Source: Myxococcota bacterium
Lineage (GTDB): Bacteria; Myxococcota; JACRCW01
Assembly: GCA_040752415.1 (NCBI GenBank)
Contig: JBFMGU010000013.1
Location: forward strand, 1 to 64,000
Direction of reading: 5' to 3'
Length of the DNA stretch: 64,000 nt
The position numbers and the translations under genes were made by a program. The notes beneath the pieces are model-generated. The model was not told the origin of the DNA, did no database searches, and worked only from the letters and a program-made list of their open reading frames with translations. Below, one piece after another: positions 39,686 to 48,845 of the stretch (position 1 is the first letter of the stretch; each line of letters opens with the position of its first letter).

Positions 39686-40714
39686 TCACAACACGCCGCG
39701 ACGTTCCTGGTCGCGCTCGATGGAGCGGAACAGCGCCGAGAAGTTCCCCTCCCCGAAGGAGCGATGGTTCTTCCGTTGGATGAGCTCGATGAAGATGGGG
39801 CCCATCAAGTTGCGCGTGAAGATCTGCAGCAGGTAGCCGTCCTCGTCGCCGTCCACCAGCACCTGGTGCTTGTGGATGCGCGCGTGGTCCTCGCTCACGT
39901 TGGGCACGCGGTTGAACACGGTGGCGTAGTACTCGTCGTCAATGTCCAGCATGGGAATCTTGCCGTCCATGCGGTCCAGGCTGCTCAGCAGGTCCTGGGT
40001 CAGGAACGCCAGGTGCTGCACGCCGGGGCCGTGGTAGTCGCGCAAGTACTCCTCGATCTGCGACTTGGACTCCGTGCCCTCGTTGATGGGGATGCAGAAC
40101 GTCTTGCACGGTGACTGCAACGCGAACGAGTACAGACCGGTGCGCTGACCGCGGATGTCGAACGTGCGCAACTCCGTGAAGCCGAAGATGCGCTTGTAGT
40201 AGTCCGCCCAGGTCTGCAGCGTGCCCTTGTGCACGTTGTTGGTCAGGTGGTCGATGCACAGGAAGCCCTTGTCCGCCACGCGCTCGGGCGCGGGATGGGC
40301 CACGAACTCCCTCTCCGGCCACCCCTCGTCGACGAAGTACATCAGCGCGTCGCCAATGCCGTACACCGCGGGCAGGTCCAACGCGCCGCGCGCCCCCTCC
40401 CGCGCCACGAACGGCCTGGCCCCACGACGCACCGCCTCCTCGTACGCCGCGCGCGCGTTGTCCACGCGGATGCCCAGGCCGCAGATGCAGGGGCCGTGCA
40501 GCGCCTGGAAGTGGTCGGCGAAGGTACCGGCGGCGCGGTTCACCAGCAGCTGGATGTCATGCTGCTCGTAGAGGTCCACCGCCAGGTTGCGGTGACGACG
40601 GGTCTTCGAGAAGCCGAAGGCCTTCCACAACGTGTCCAGCTCGTCGGGGTTGGGACCCGCGGTCTCCACGAACGCCAAGCCGCGCATGCCCAGGGGATTG
40701 TCCGGTGTCATCAT
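39686..40714 (-). CDS. hppD: 4-hydroxyphenylpyruvate dioxygenase
   Basis: IDHLTNNV, IPINE, SQIEEYL, GPGVQHLA, LLQIFT, FIELIQRK, FGEGNFSALF. Confidence 0.96.
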   Translation of the reverse strand: MMTPDNPLGMRGLAFVETAGPNPDELDTLWKAFGFSKTRRHRNLAVDLYEQHDIQLLVNRAAGTFADHFQALHGPCICGLGIRVDNARAAYEEAVRRGARPFVAREGARGALDLPAVYGIGDALMYFVDEGWPEREFVAHPAPERVADKGFLCIDHLTNNVHKGTLQTWADYYKRIFGFTELRTFDIRGQRTGLYSFALQSPCKTFCIPINEGTESKSQIEEYLRDYHGPGVQHLAFLTQDLLSSLDRMDGKIPMLDIDDEYYATVFNRVPNVSEDHARIHKHQVLVDGDEDGYLLQIFTRNLMGPIFIELIQRKNHRSFGEGNFSALFRSIERDQERRGVL

Positions 40715-40729
40715 CTTGCGACCTCTTCC

Positions 40730-41830
40730 TCAGCGACGCATCCAGCTGCGCCAGTAGTTGGGGTCCTGAGCGGCGGCGCCGGCCTCGGTCAGGTCCAGGG
40801 GATTGCGCGTGTCCACCATGACCGCCACCTCGTCGGTGCGCTCCCGCGTGTGGCTCTTCTCCACCGCCTGCGGCTGCGGCCCGTGGTGGATGCCCTGCGG
40901 ATGGAACGTCACCATCCCGGCACGGATGCCGCTGCGGGAGAAGAAGTCTCCGTCGTGGTAGAAGAGCACTTCGTCGAAGTCGATGTTGGAGTGGTAGAAC
41001 GGCACGCGCAGCGCACGCGGGTCTCCCGTCTCCAGCGGACGCGGCAGGAACGTGCACACCACCACGTTGCGCATCAGGAACGTCACGTGCGCCGTGGGCG
41101 GCAGGTGGTAACGCTCACTGGCCACGGGGCGGATGTCCTTCACGTTGAGCTGCCACACCGTGAGGTCACCCTTCCAGCCCACCGTGTTCAGCGGGTGGAA
41201 CGGGTAGGTGATGGTGGAGATGCGGTTGCGTCGCTGCACCTTCACCTGCCACGCGGTGCGGCCCGGTTCCTCGACGGGAGCTTCCGGGGTGGGCACGTTG
41301 ATGACGTCGGGATCGAAGAGCGCGTGACGGCCCAGGATGCCGCGGTCGGGCAGCTCCACCTCGTCCTTCGACTCGATCACCAGGAAGGTGGACGCATCCG
41401 TGGGAGCCACGCGGTAGACGGTGCCGCGCGGGATGACCAGGTAGTCGCCGCGTTGATAGCGCAGCGGGCCGAAGTCGGTTTCCAGTCGGCCGGTGCCGCC
41501 GTGGACGAAGAGGATCTCGTCGCCATCCGCGTTGCGGAAGAAGTACGGCATGGCCTCGCGCAGGCGCGCCATGTGCAGCGTGACGTCGGCGTTGCGCAGG
41601 AAGGGCACGCGCCCGGAGAGCCAGTCACCGCCGAGACCAGGTAGCTCGACGGCGTTGAGGCTGACCGGCTTGAGGTCGCCCTCCAGGTTGGTCCAGTTCA
41701 CCGGCGGCGCGGTGCGGTACATGTGGCTCACGCGGCCGAAGAACCCTCGCCGGGCGAACTCCTCCTCAACCGTGCCTTCCGGGATGTCCACGTGCGCCTG
41801 CCGCGTCACGCGCCCCTTCACGTAGTGCAT
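40730..41830 (-). CDS. hmgA: Homogentisate 1,2-dioxygenase
   Basis: RNADGDE, HPLNTVGWKG, HLPPTAH, PFYHSNIDFDEV, HPQGIHHGP, EVAVMVDT; directly upstream of hppD. Confidence 0.93.
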   Translation of the reverse strand: MHYVKGRVTRQAHVDIPEGTVEEEFARRGFFGRVSHMYRTAPPVNWTNLEGDLKPVSLNAVELPGLGGDWLSGRVPFLRNADVTLHMARLREAMPYFFRNADGDEILFVHGGTGRLETDFGPLRYQRGDYLVIPRGTVYRVAPTDASTFLVIESKDEVELPDRGILGRHALFDPDVINVPTPEAPVEEPGRTAWQVKVQRRNRISTITYPFHPLNTVGWKGDLTVWQLNVKDIRPVASERYHLPPTAHVTFLMRNVVVCTFLPRPLETGDPRALRVPFYHSNIDFDEVLFYHDGDFFSRSGIRAGMVTFHPQGIHHGPQPQAVEKSHTRERTDEVAVMVDTRNPLDLTEAGAAAQDPNYWRSWMRR

Positions 41831-42022
41831 CTCTCCGCCTCCTCACGCTGTCACGCGCGCGGCGGCCTGCACAACTTGCGCCAAAGCGCAGTCACGAGGA
41901 GAGCGCGCAATTCCGCGCAGGAGAAACGCGCAGGTTGTGCGGACGGCGCGAGAATGATGTGCGCGGAGCGAAAGGGGTGCGCGGACGCAGGCGGGAGCCG
42001 GGTGGGCCTTGGGGCTTGAGGG

Positions 42023-42164
42023 AAAGCGGTACTTCATACCGCAGTCCGAAAGTGCGGCGCGCTGGGACGCGCAGCGAGTTGGCCGCACAGGCTCTCTCGT
42101 GCCGGCCACGGTTCACCAAGCCGAACGGCCGGCACTTTCGGACTGCGGTATGAAGTACCGCTTT
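42023..42164. repeat. Perfect 33-bp inverted repeat (REP-doublet-like) with 76-nt spacer
   Basis: AAAGCGGTACTTCATACCGCAGTCCGAAAGTGC (42023-42055) and its exact reverse complement (42132-42164); each arm has an internal GCGGTA/TACCGC hairpin. Confidence 0.9.
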
Positions 42165-42176
42165 GACTCGGGATGC

Positions 42177-42665
42177 TCAGCTTCCGAGAGGCAGCTGCGC
42201 TTCCACGTCGGCCTCCGGTCCCTCGCGCACGTCGTGGACCCGTAGCATCACGCCGCGCGTCACCTTCTGCTCACCGGAGGTCACCACCGCGGCCTCGTCG
42301 CCACCGTCGCGCGTGACCACGAACTGCACGCTCTTGATGACGCCGGAATGCAGGCACTTCGCGCCCTTGGGACACGGCTGGTTCAGGTACGTCACCTGCT
42401 TCACCAGCACCTGCGCGCCCTTCAGCGAGAACACCTCCCCGCCCTTCACCGTCACCTTCCCCGTCGCGCGCGCTTCTTCCGTCGGCGCGGGTGCAGGCGT
42501 GGCGGCGGGCGGGGACGCGTCCGGCATCTCCGTCGACGTCACCGGCACGCCAGCATCCATCACCGCCACTTGCGCGTCAGGCGCCGGCGTCTTCCGCTGC
42601 TCCTCCTTGGACGAAGAGCACGCCAGCGCCACCACCGCCACCACTCCCATCACCACGCGCTTCAT
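42177..42665 (-). CDS. Hypothetical lipoprotein (CPxGxxC motif)
   Basis: MKRVVMGVVAVVALAC lipobox; start overlaps the M4 peptidase stop (ATGA). Confidence 0.75.
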   Translation of the reverse strand: MKRVVMGVVAVVALACSSSKEEQRKTPAPDAQVAVMDAGVPVTSTEMPDASPPAATPAPAPTEEARATGKVTVKGGEVFSLKGAQVLVKQVTYLNQPCPKGAKCLHSGVIKSVQFVVTRDGGDEAAVVTSGEQKVTRGVMLRVHDVREGPEADVEAQLPLGS

Positions 42666-45463
42666 GCCCGCCTCCGCACCCTTGCCACGAACAACCCGAA
42701 CAACAGCAAAGAGACCAACGTGTTCCCACCTTGCGGCACCGCGCACGTGCAGGTGATCTCCTCCGCGGAAGCACAGCCGCCATCCGCGTCCGGCGTGCAC
42801 TCTCCGCCGTCCACGCTTCCCGACGAGCTTCCCGTCTCCACGCAGCCATCCCCGTCGGGGTTGGGCTCGTAGCCCGCGTTGCAGTAGCAGGTGTCATCCT
42901 GCAGCGTGGAATTCTGCGGGCACGGGTAGCAGAACTCGTAGGTGTAGCCCTGGTACTCGAAGGTCCCGCAGCCGTAGTCCCCGCATTCCACCTCGCGGAT
43001 GACACCCTCCTCGCAGTACTGCCCGGTGTTCCCGTTGCACTGCCCCGACGCCGGCACCGAGCCACAATTGTTCTGCGGCTCCACGCAGTTGTAGCCAATC
43101 TCTCCGTCGATGGCGCAGACGGTCCGCGTCTCCTGCTGGCTGCAATCCGCGTACTGCAGCACGGGGTTCTGCGGGTCGGTCTGGTCGTCGCAGTAGATGA
43201 GCAGGCTGCCCTCACAACGTCCCGCCCAGGTCTCGTTCCCGCAGTCGCCCACGACGAGACCACGGCACAGCGGCGTGCCCGGGTTGGTGCCGCCGCAGTC
43301 CGCGGAATCAAAGCCGCACTCGCTGGCGCAGTCGCAGGTGCCGTTGTTGGCAAAGCCGCACGGGTCGGATTCCTGGCAGCAGTAGACGCCGTAGTAGTCA
43401 TACCCGCCCACGTTGACGACGTAATCCAGCGACGCCTCACCACACACCTCGGTCACGCCGGGAATGCACTGGCATCCGCCGTTCTGTCCGCTCTCCAGGG
43501 GATCGGTGCAGACGCTGCAGCCGGGGATGGGGTCGCAGCCCAGGCCGTTGCCTTCCGGGTTGCCCTGGTAGCACTCGTCGCAGACGCACACGCCGCCTTC
43601 CCGGTGGCTGTTGGAGGGGCACTCACCCTGCGTCTCCACCACGCACGCGCTCCCGTCGTCACTGGGCACGTAGCCGGTGTCGCAATAGCACTGGCCGTCA
43701 ATGGGCTGGCTGTGCGCGGGGCATTGCACGGTCTCCACCGACTCACACCCGGTGCCCTCGCTGTTGGGACGGAACCCGTCATTGCAGAAGCACTGCCCGT
43801 CCTGCTCCGACGAGTTGGGCGGACATCCCCCGCCGCCCGCCGCCGCGGCGAGCCCCACGCTCTGCCACGCGGTGGCAATCTGCGCGCAGTCGCCCGCGCC
43901 GAGGGTCAGCTCACTGCACGAGGTGGCGGTGCCCTGCACCATGTCCGCGAAGGAGCTGTTGGCACCCAGGTGATGACGCACCGTCTGGAACCACACACGG
44001 CCCAGCTTCTGCGCCCCGATGGCGTCACGCGCCAGGCACGCGGCCTTGTTGGGAATGCCGCTGTTGGTGTGCACGCCGCCCCAGTCACCCTCCTCGGTGT
44101 TGGGCAGGTCCTGGTAGTCGTTCATGTGTGCGGGCTGGGGCTGCGGGACGTTGCCGGGGTTGCACATGTCGCGCAGCGCGGGTTGCAGCTGGGGGCCCAC
44201 GCAATCCTCACCAATGAGGTCATCCTCCTGGTCCATGAGCCAGCCGTACACGTCGGCCATGTGCTCATTCAGCGCGCCGGACTGGAACTGGTACACCAGC
44301 CCCGCCGTCCCCTCGACGACACCGTGCCCCAGCTCGTGACCGGTCACATCCAGGCAGCGCGCCAGGGGCACGAAGTACTGCCCGTCTCCGTCGCCAAAAG
44401 CCATGATGCCGGATGTGTAGCCATTGGAGGAGAGCGTGGTGAAGAACGCGTTGTTGAGCTGGTTGCCCTCGTGCACGCGCCCCGCGAGCAGACCACCGAC
44501 ACCGGCGGGCGACTGCGCGAAGTCCCAGTTCTGCCAGGAATGCGACGTGGCGTAGTAGTCCAGCGCCGCGCGCACCTTGTCGGCCACGGTCACCGCGGTG
44601 CGGTCGTCGAACGGGGAGCTGGTGCTGTCGGTCTCGTACTGGGAGCCCTCGCGCGCCATGTCCACGGTGTAGATCTCTCCGCCGTTGGGCAGCGTGACGA
44701 TGTCTTTGAGCAGGATGCCCTGCGGGAACGAGGTGATGTTCAACGTGACGTTGTTGCCGCCCAGGTCGGTGGAGCCCATGGTCCCGGGCGTTCCCTCGGT
44801 GTAGATGCGCGGCACGTTCAGCAGGCGCACCCCGGTGGCGGCGTCGACGTAGACATCCTGCACCACCGGCAGCGCGCCCTTGCGCTCATAGGCCACGCGC
44901 ACGCGCCAGGCCATGCGCACCCCGCGGATGCCGATGCTCTCCCCGACGATGACCGGCACCGTCTCCGCGGGCACCAGCAGCGGTCCGCGGTAGCCGTCGC
45001 GGGCGATGTCCTCGGCGCGCCAGGGGCTGATGCGCGGTCCCTGGTGTGTGTAGCGCCGCAGCGCGCTGAGGTCCGCTTCCAACGTGCGCACCTGTCCGTC
45101 GGGACGGGCGTGCACGCGGAGCTCGTCGAACTCCACCGGCATTCCCGCCAGGTGACGACGCACACGGACGTGACGGTTGCCCACCCCGTCGCGCACGTCC
45201 TCCACCACCACCAGCCGCTCGTCGCTGCGCAGGCCCAGGCCGGCGGAGCGCTCACGCAGGAAGGCCTCCACGTCGTTGGCGGAGGGGCCCAGGTATCCCA
45301 GCGCGCCTTCCGCGTGACGGATGAGTCCGTGCGCATTCCACTGCACCCGCGCGAATGCGTCCCCCAACTGGCTTGCCGTGGCCGGCACCGGAGCCACCGC
45401 CGGGCTCGACGGGGCGGTCATCCCCAGGGCAACCAACACCGAAGCGTGCGCTGCCAAGAACAT
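42662..45463 (-). CDS. M4 (thermolysin-family) metallopeptidase with Cys-rich EGF-like repeats and MYXO-CTERM-like tail
   Basis: FTP/PepSY-like propeptide (VYVDAATG); NNAFF, HELGH, GALNEHMAD, GGVHTNSGIPNKA; CxCxxG(F/Y) repeats; TCTC...LLLFGLFVARVRRRA. Confidence 0.93.
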   Translation of the reverse strand: MFLAAHASVLVALGMTAPSSPAVAPVPATASQLGDAFARVQWNAHGLIRHAEGALGYLGPSANDVEAFLRERSAGLGLRSDERLVVVEDVRDGVGNRHVRVRRHLAGMPVEFDELRVHARPDGQVRTLEADLSALRRYTHQGPRISPWRAEDIARDGYRGPLLVPAETVPVIVGESIGIRGVRMAWRVRVAYERKGALPVVQDVYVDAATGVRLLNVPRIYTEGTPGTMGSTDLGGNNVTLNITSFPQGILLKDIVTLPNGGEIYTVDMAREGSQYETDSTSSPFDDRTAVTVADKVRAALDYYATSHSWQNWDFAQSPAGVGGLLAGRVHEGNQLNNAFFTTLSSNGYTSGIMAFGDGDGQYFVPLARCLDVTGHELGHGVVEGTAGLVYQFQSGALNEHMADVYGWLMDQEDDLIGEDCVGPQLQPALRDMCNPGNVPQPQPAHMNDYQDLPNTEEGDWGGVHTNSGIPNKAACLARDAIGAQKLGRVWFQTVRHHLGANSSFADMVQGTATSCSELTLGAGDCAQIATAWQSVGLAAAAGGGGCPPNSSEQDGQCFCNDGFRPNSEGTGCESVETVQCPAHSQPIDGQCYCDTGYVPSDDGSACVVETQGECPSNSHREGGVCVCDECYQGNPEGNGLGCDPIPGCSVCTDPLESGQNGGCQCIPGVTEVCGEASLDYVVNVGGYDYYGVYCCQESDPCGFANNGTCDCASECGFDSADCGGTNPGTPLCRGLVVGDCGNETWAGRCEGSLLIYCDDQTDPQNPVLQYADCSQQETRTVCAIDGEIGYNCVEPQNNCGSVPASGQCNGNTGQYCEEGVIREVECGDYGCGTFEYQGYTYEFCYPCPQNSTLQDDTCYCNAGYEPNPDGDGCVETGSSSGSVDGGECTPDADGGCASAEEITCTCAVPQGGNTLVSLLLFGLFVARVRRRA

Positions 45464-45574
45464 GTGTTCCTCCGCGTGTGGAAGTCGCGGAGAAGCTAGG
45501 AACCGCCGGAAGGCAGCGTCAAGATCGTCGACGTGTAGGTTGTGCTGCGCAGCAGTTTCGCCGTGTGCGTGCGG

Positions 45575-46336
45575 TCACGTGAAGCTGCCGTGACGACCCG
45601 CTCCCGCGGCGAAACGCTGGGCCCCGGCCACGCTCTCGGTCTGCAGCACGGTGACGCCGCGCTGGAACTCCTGGCGCAGCGCATCCTCGAGGGAGAGGTC
45701 ATGCTGCACGTACGCGCTCATGCGGTCCGCCTTCATGCACTCCTGCGGGAACGCGGCGATCTCGCGCGCCAGGTCCTCCGCTGCGCTGCGCGCCGTGCCC
45801 TTGGGCACCACGCGATTCACGAGCCCCATGGCCAGCGCCTCCTGCGCCGACACGGGCCGCCCGGTGAGGATGAGGTCCAGCGCGCGGGACAGGCCCACCA
45901 GGCGCGGCAGGCGCACCGTGCCCCCGTCAATGAGCGGCACGCCCCAGCGACGGCAGAACACGCCCAGCACCGCGTCCTCCTCGACGACACGCAGGTCACA
46001 CCACAACGCCAGCTCCAGTCCTCCCGCCACGGCATGACCGCTGATGGCCGCCACCACCGGCTTGCGCAGCAGCATGCGGGAGGGACCCATGGGCCCATCT
46101 CCGTCGGGCTCCAGCCGGTTCATGCGGCCGCTGGCCACCGCCTTGAGGTCCGCACCGGCGCAGAACGTTCCGCCCTCACCGTGGAGCACGCCCACCCTGG
46201 CCTCGGTGTCGTCGTCAAACGCGCGGAACGCGTCGGCCAGCGCCTGCGCGGTGGGGCGGTCCACGGCGTTGCGCACGTCGGGGCGGTGCAGGATGACGGT
46301 GGTGACCGGGCCGTTCTTCTCGGTGGTGACGCTCAT
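45575..46336 (-). CDS. Enoyl-CoA hydratase/isomerase family protein
   Basis: RPDVRNAV, FCAGADL, KPVVAAISGHAVAGGLELALWCD, GVPLIDGGTVRLPRLVG. Confidence 0.94.
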   Translation of the reverse strand: MSVTTEKNGPVTTVILHRPDVRNAVDRPTAQALADAFRAFDDDTEARVGVLHGEGGTFCAGADLKAVASGRMNRLEPDGDGPMGPSRMLLRKPVVAAISGHAVAGGLELALWCDLRVVEEDAVLGVFCRRWGVPLIDGGTVRLPRLVGLSRALDLILTGRPVSAQEALAMGLVNRVVPKGTARSAAEDLAREIAAFPQECMKADRMSAYVQHDLSLEDALRQEFQRGVTVLQTESVAGAQRFAAGAGRHGSFT

Positions 46337-46358
46337 GGCGGAGCGTTGTACCACGACG

Positions 46359-47291
46359 CTACTCCGACGCCGTCGACATCACGAAGGTGCTGGCGACCAT
46401 GGCCACGCCCACCGCGCCCACCACCAGCGCCACCAGCCCGCTGGCCAGCCCCACGACGAGCCCCAGGGTCCCGCCGGTGCCCATGAGCCGGTAACGTTCG
46501 ATCTCCGCCGCGGAGTGCCGTGTCGCCGACGGGGGATCCAGCACCGCGGGAATCTGGAAGTTGATGACGTACACCAGCAACACGGTGCCCGCGCCGGTGA
46601 TGACACCCAGCGAGGCCAGCGCCCCCACGACGGCAGCGAACACCCCGAAGCTGCCCGCGAGCCTCAGCGTGGTGGTGAAGGTCCGTCCCAGCACGCCCCC
46701 GCCGCCTTCCGCTTCCGCGGGGTCCCGGTTGGCGCCCACGCGCGCCGTCGCCGACGACGCACGGGAGATGCGGAAGCTCCTCAGCTCCTTGGCCTGGGGA
46801 AACAGCTCGGCCAGCGCGTCGGGGATGAGCGCGGAGATGGCTTCCTCGTCGGTGGCGTCAAACTGGCGCGCCACGCTGCCAATGGCCTTGGCCTCCGCGG
46901 CCGCAATGCGCGTGATGGTGATGACGTAGCTGTCCCCCAGCCGGCCCAGCGTGGCGCGGAGGACCTCGGAGGCGTTGAGCGCGCCGGCAATCTCCGTGGC
47001 ACAGCTCTCACTGGTGCAGCCCGCCACCATCTTGCGTTGCTCCTGCGTTAGCAGCTCCTCCACCTCGGCAAACGTCATCACCGTGAGGCTGGGAGCCTTG
47101 CGCAGCGTGGTGGCGATCATCTCGGCGGTGACGTCGGCCAGGTGGGGCTGCACCTCACCCTGGGTGCGCACCGGGAGCACCAGCACGCTGCCCTTTTTCG
47201 CAGTTCCCTTGGCGCCCCCCAACGCTGTCACCGCCTGCTCAGGTGACTGGGCCAACACCACCGACAACACCAGCGAAGCAACCAGGGACAT
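46359..47291 (-). CDS. Hypothetical exported/membrane protein (CsgG/TolB-N-like domain plus C-terminal hydrophobic helices)
   Basis: VLVLP...GCTSESCATEIAGAL...LGRLGDSYVITI; two Gly-rich hydrophobic stretches at the C-terminus. Confidence 0.6.
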   Translation of the reverse strand: MSLVASLVLSVVLAQSPEQAVTALGGAKGTAKKGSVLVLPVRTQGEVQPHLADVTAEMIATTLRKAPSLTVMTFAEVEELLTQEQRKMVAGCTSESCATEIAGALNASEVLRATLGRLGDSYVITITRIAAAEAKAIGSVARQFDATDEEAISALIPDALAELFPQAKELRSFRISRASSATARVGANRDPAEAEGGGGVLGRTFTTTLRLAGSFGVFAAVVGALASLGVITGAGTVLLVYVINFQIPAVLDPPSATRHSAAEIERYRLMGTGGTLGLVVGLASGLVALVVGAVGVAMVASTFVMSTASE

Positions 47292-47377
47292 GGCGAGGCA
47301 ACAAACCAAGTCCACGCGTCAGGTGTCAATGGATTTTGCTGGCGCGCAACCGCCGCGGGCTCCGACGAGAGCGGCGC

Positions 47378-48022
47378 TCAACCGGGAATCAGGTGGTTCA
47401 TGCGGTCGCGCTTGGCGGCAACGTATGCGTGGCTGAGCGGATTGAGCGCCACCAGCACCGGCACGCGGCCGCGCACCTCCACGCCCAGCTCCCGCAGCGC
47501 GTCCACCTTGCTGGGATTGTTGGTCATGAGCCGGATGCTGCGCACGCCCAGCTCACGGAGCACCGCTGCGGCCGCGTCGTAGCGACGGGCGTCGTCGGGG
47601 AGGCCCAGCACGCGGTTGGCATCCACGGTGTCCACGCCGCGCGCCTGCAGCGCGTACGCCCGCACCTTGTTGGCCAGCCCGATGCCCCGCCCCTCCTGGC
47701 GCAGGTAGATCACCGCGCCCCGCCCCTCCTGCGCCACCTGCTGCAACGCGCGCTCCAGCTGGTCGGCGCAGTCGCATTTCAAGGAGCCAAAGACCTCGCT
47801 GGTCATGCACTCGGAGTGCACGCGCACCAGCACGTCGTCACCGCGGAGGTCCCCCAGGGCCATCACCACCTGCTCCAGGTGCGGCTCCAGCACGTGGCGG
47901 AAGACGATCATGCGGAAGTTGCCGTGGCGCGTGGGCAGCGGGGCCTCGGCGGCAATCTCCACGTCGGAGGCCTCCGGCGTGACGTCGGGGACAATGCGGG
48001 GAACAGCGGTCATGGCAGGCAT
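47378..48022 (-). CDS. ribA: GTP cyclohydrolase II
   Basis: LPTRHG, VRVHSECMTSEVFGSLKCDC, YLRQEGRGIGLANK, LMTNNPSK; start could be 48013. Confidence 0.94.
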   Translation of the reverse strand: MPAMTAVPRIVPDVTPEASDVEIAAEAPLPTRHGNFRMIVFRHVLEPHLEQVVMALGDLRGDDVLVRVHSECMTSEVFGSLKCDCADQLERALQQVAQEGRGAVIYLRQEGRGIGLANKVRAYALQARGVDTVDANRVLGLPDDARRYDAAAAVLRELGVRSIRLMTNNPSKVDALRELGVEVRGRVPVLVALNPLSHAYVAAKRDRMNHLIPG

Positions 48023-48181
48023 CCTTGATGCGGACGAGGTCACTGCGGCCGGCACGTCATGACGCATGCGGGGGACCCCACTCCGGTGAATCCGGACCAC
48101 GCGACCATGGCCCGTGCGGCGTAAGGATGCCCGGCGCGGCAAAAGGGTTCGTGATCCGCACGCTCAAGCACCCGCTGCCGG

Positions 48182-48724
48182 TCAGGGCTGGCACTGGGAG
48201 CGCTGGAAGTCGCAGGTCAGGCCCTGGCAGCAGTCCCCGGTGCGGTCGCAGAAGCCGCCCTGCGTCACGCAGGTGGTCCCTTCCTGGCACTGCTGGGTGG
48301 TGGCGTTGCAGTTGCTGGAGCAGCAATCCAGCGGGTCCATGCAGAACGCGCCCTCCTCGCCGCACGTCGTGGGAGCGCAGGTGCCGTTCTGCTGGCAGTT
48401 TCCCGAGCAGCACTCGGTGTTGATGGTGCAGGAGCCCTGGTCGGCCACGCAGCCCGCGGGTGCGCACCGCTGGGACACGCAGTTCCCCGAGCAGCACGTC
48501 GCGGGTTGAGTGCACACGCTCCCCTGCGGTGCGCACGTGGGTGCCTCACAGTAATTGCCCAGGCATTCTCCGTCGCAACACTGCGCATCCTGCGTGCACG
48601 GCGCGCCCTCCTGGCGACACTGGGCCTGCGCCGCGTCGGAGCCGGTGCCGGCGTCGGTGCGAGCGCCTCCGTCGTCACTGCAGCCCAGCATGGCCAACGC
48701 AAGGAGGACGGGGATGGGCTTCAT
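48182..48724 (-). CDS. Cys-rich lipoprotein with five tandem knottin-like (C-C-CC-C-C) modules
   Basis: Start MKPIPVLLALAMLGC (lipobox), upstream GGGAG; five Cx6Cx5CCx3-4Cx4-6C units. Confidence 0.85.
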   Translation of the reverse strand: MKPIPVLLALAMLGCSDDGGARTDAGTGSDAAQAQCRQEGAPCTQDAQCCDGECLGNYCEAPTCAPQGSVCTQPATCCSGNCVSQRCAPAGCVADQGSCTINTECCSGNCQQNGTCAPTTCGEEGAFCMDPLDCCSSNCNATTQQCQEGTTCVTQGGFCDRTGDCCQGLTCDFQRSQCQP

Positions 48725-48845
48725 GGGCTCCCTCTCGACGGAACGGGAGATTTCCCCAGCCGCCGTGTTCCCACAAGCCCGCTGACGCACAGGCCCGCGC
48801 TGGGTCCACCTTTGCCGCCGCGCCGGGTTGTGGCACGAGTCCGCC

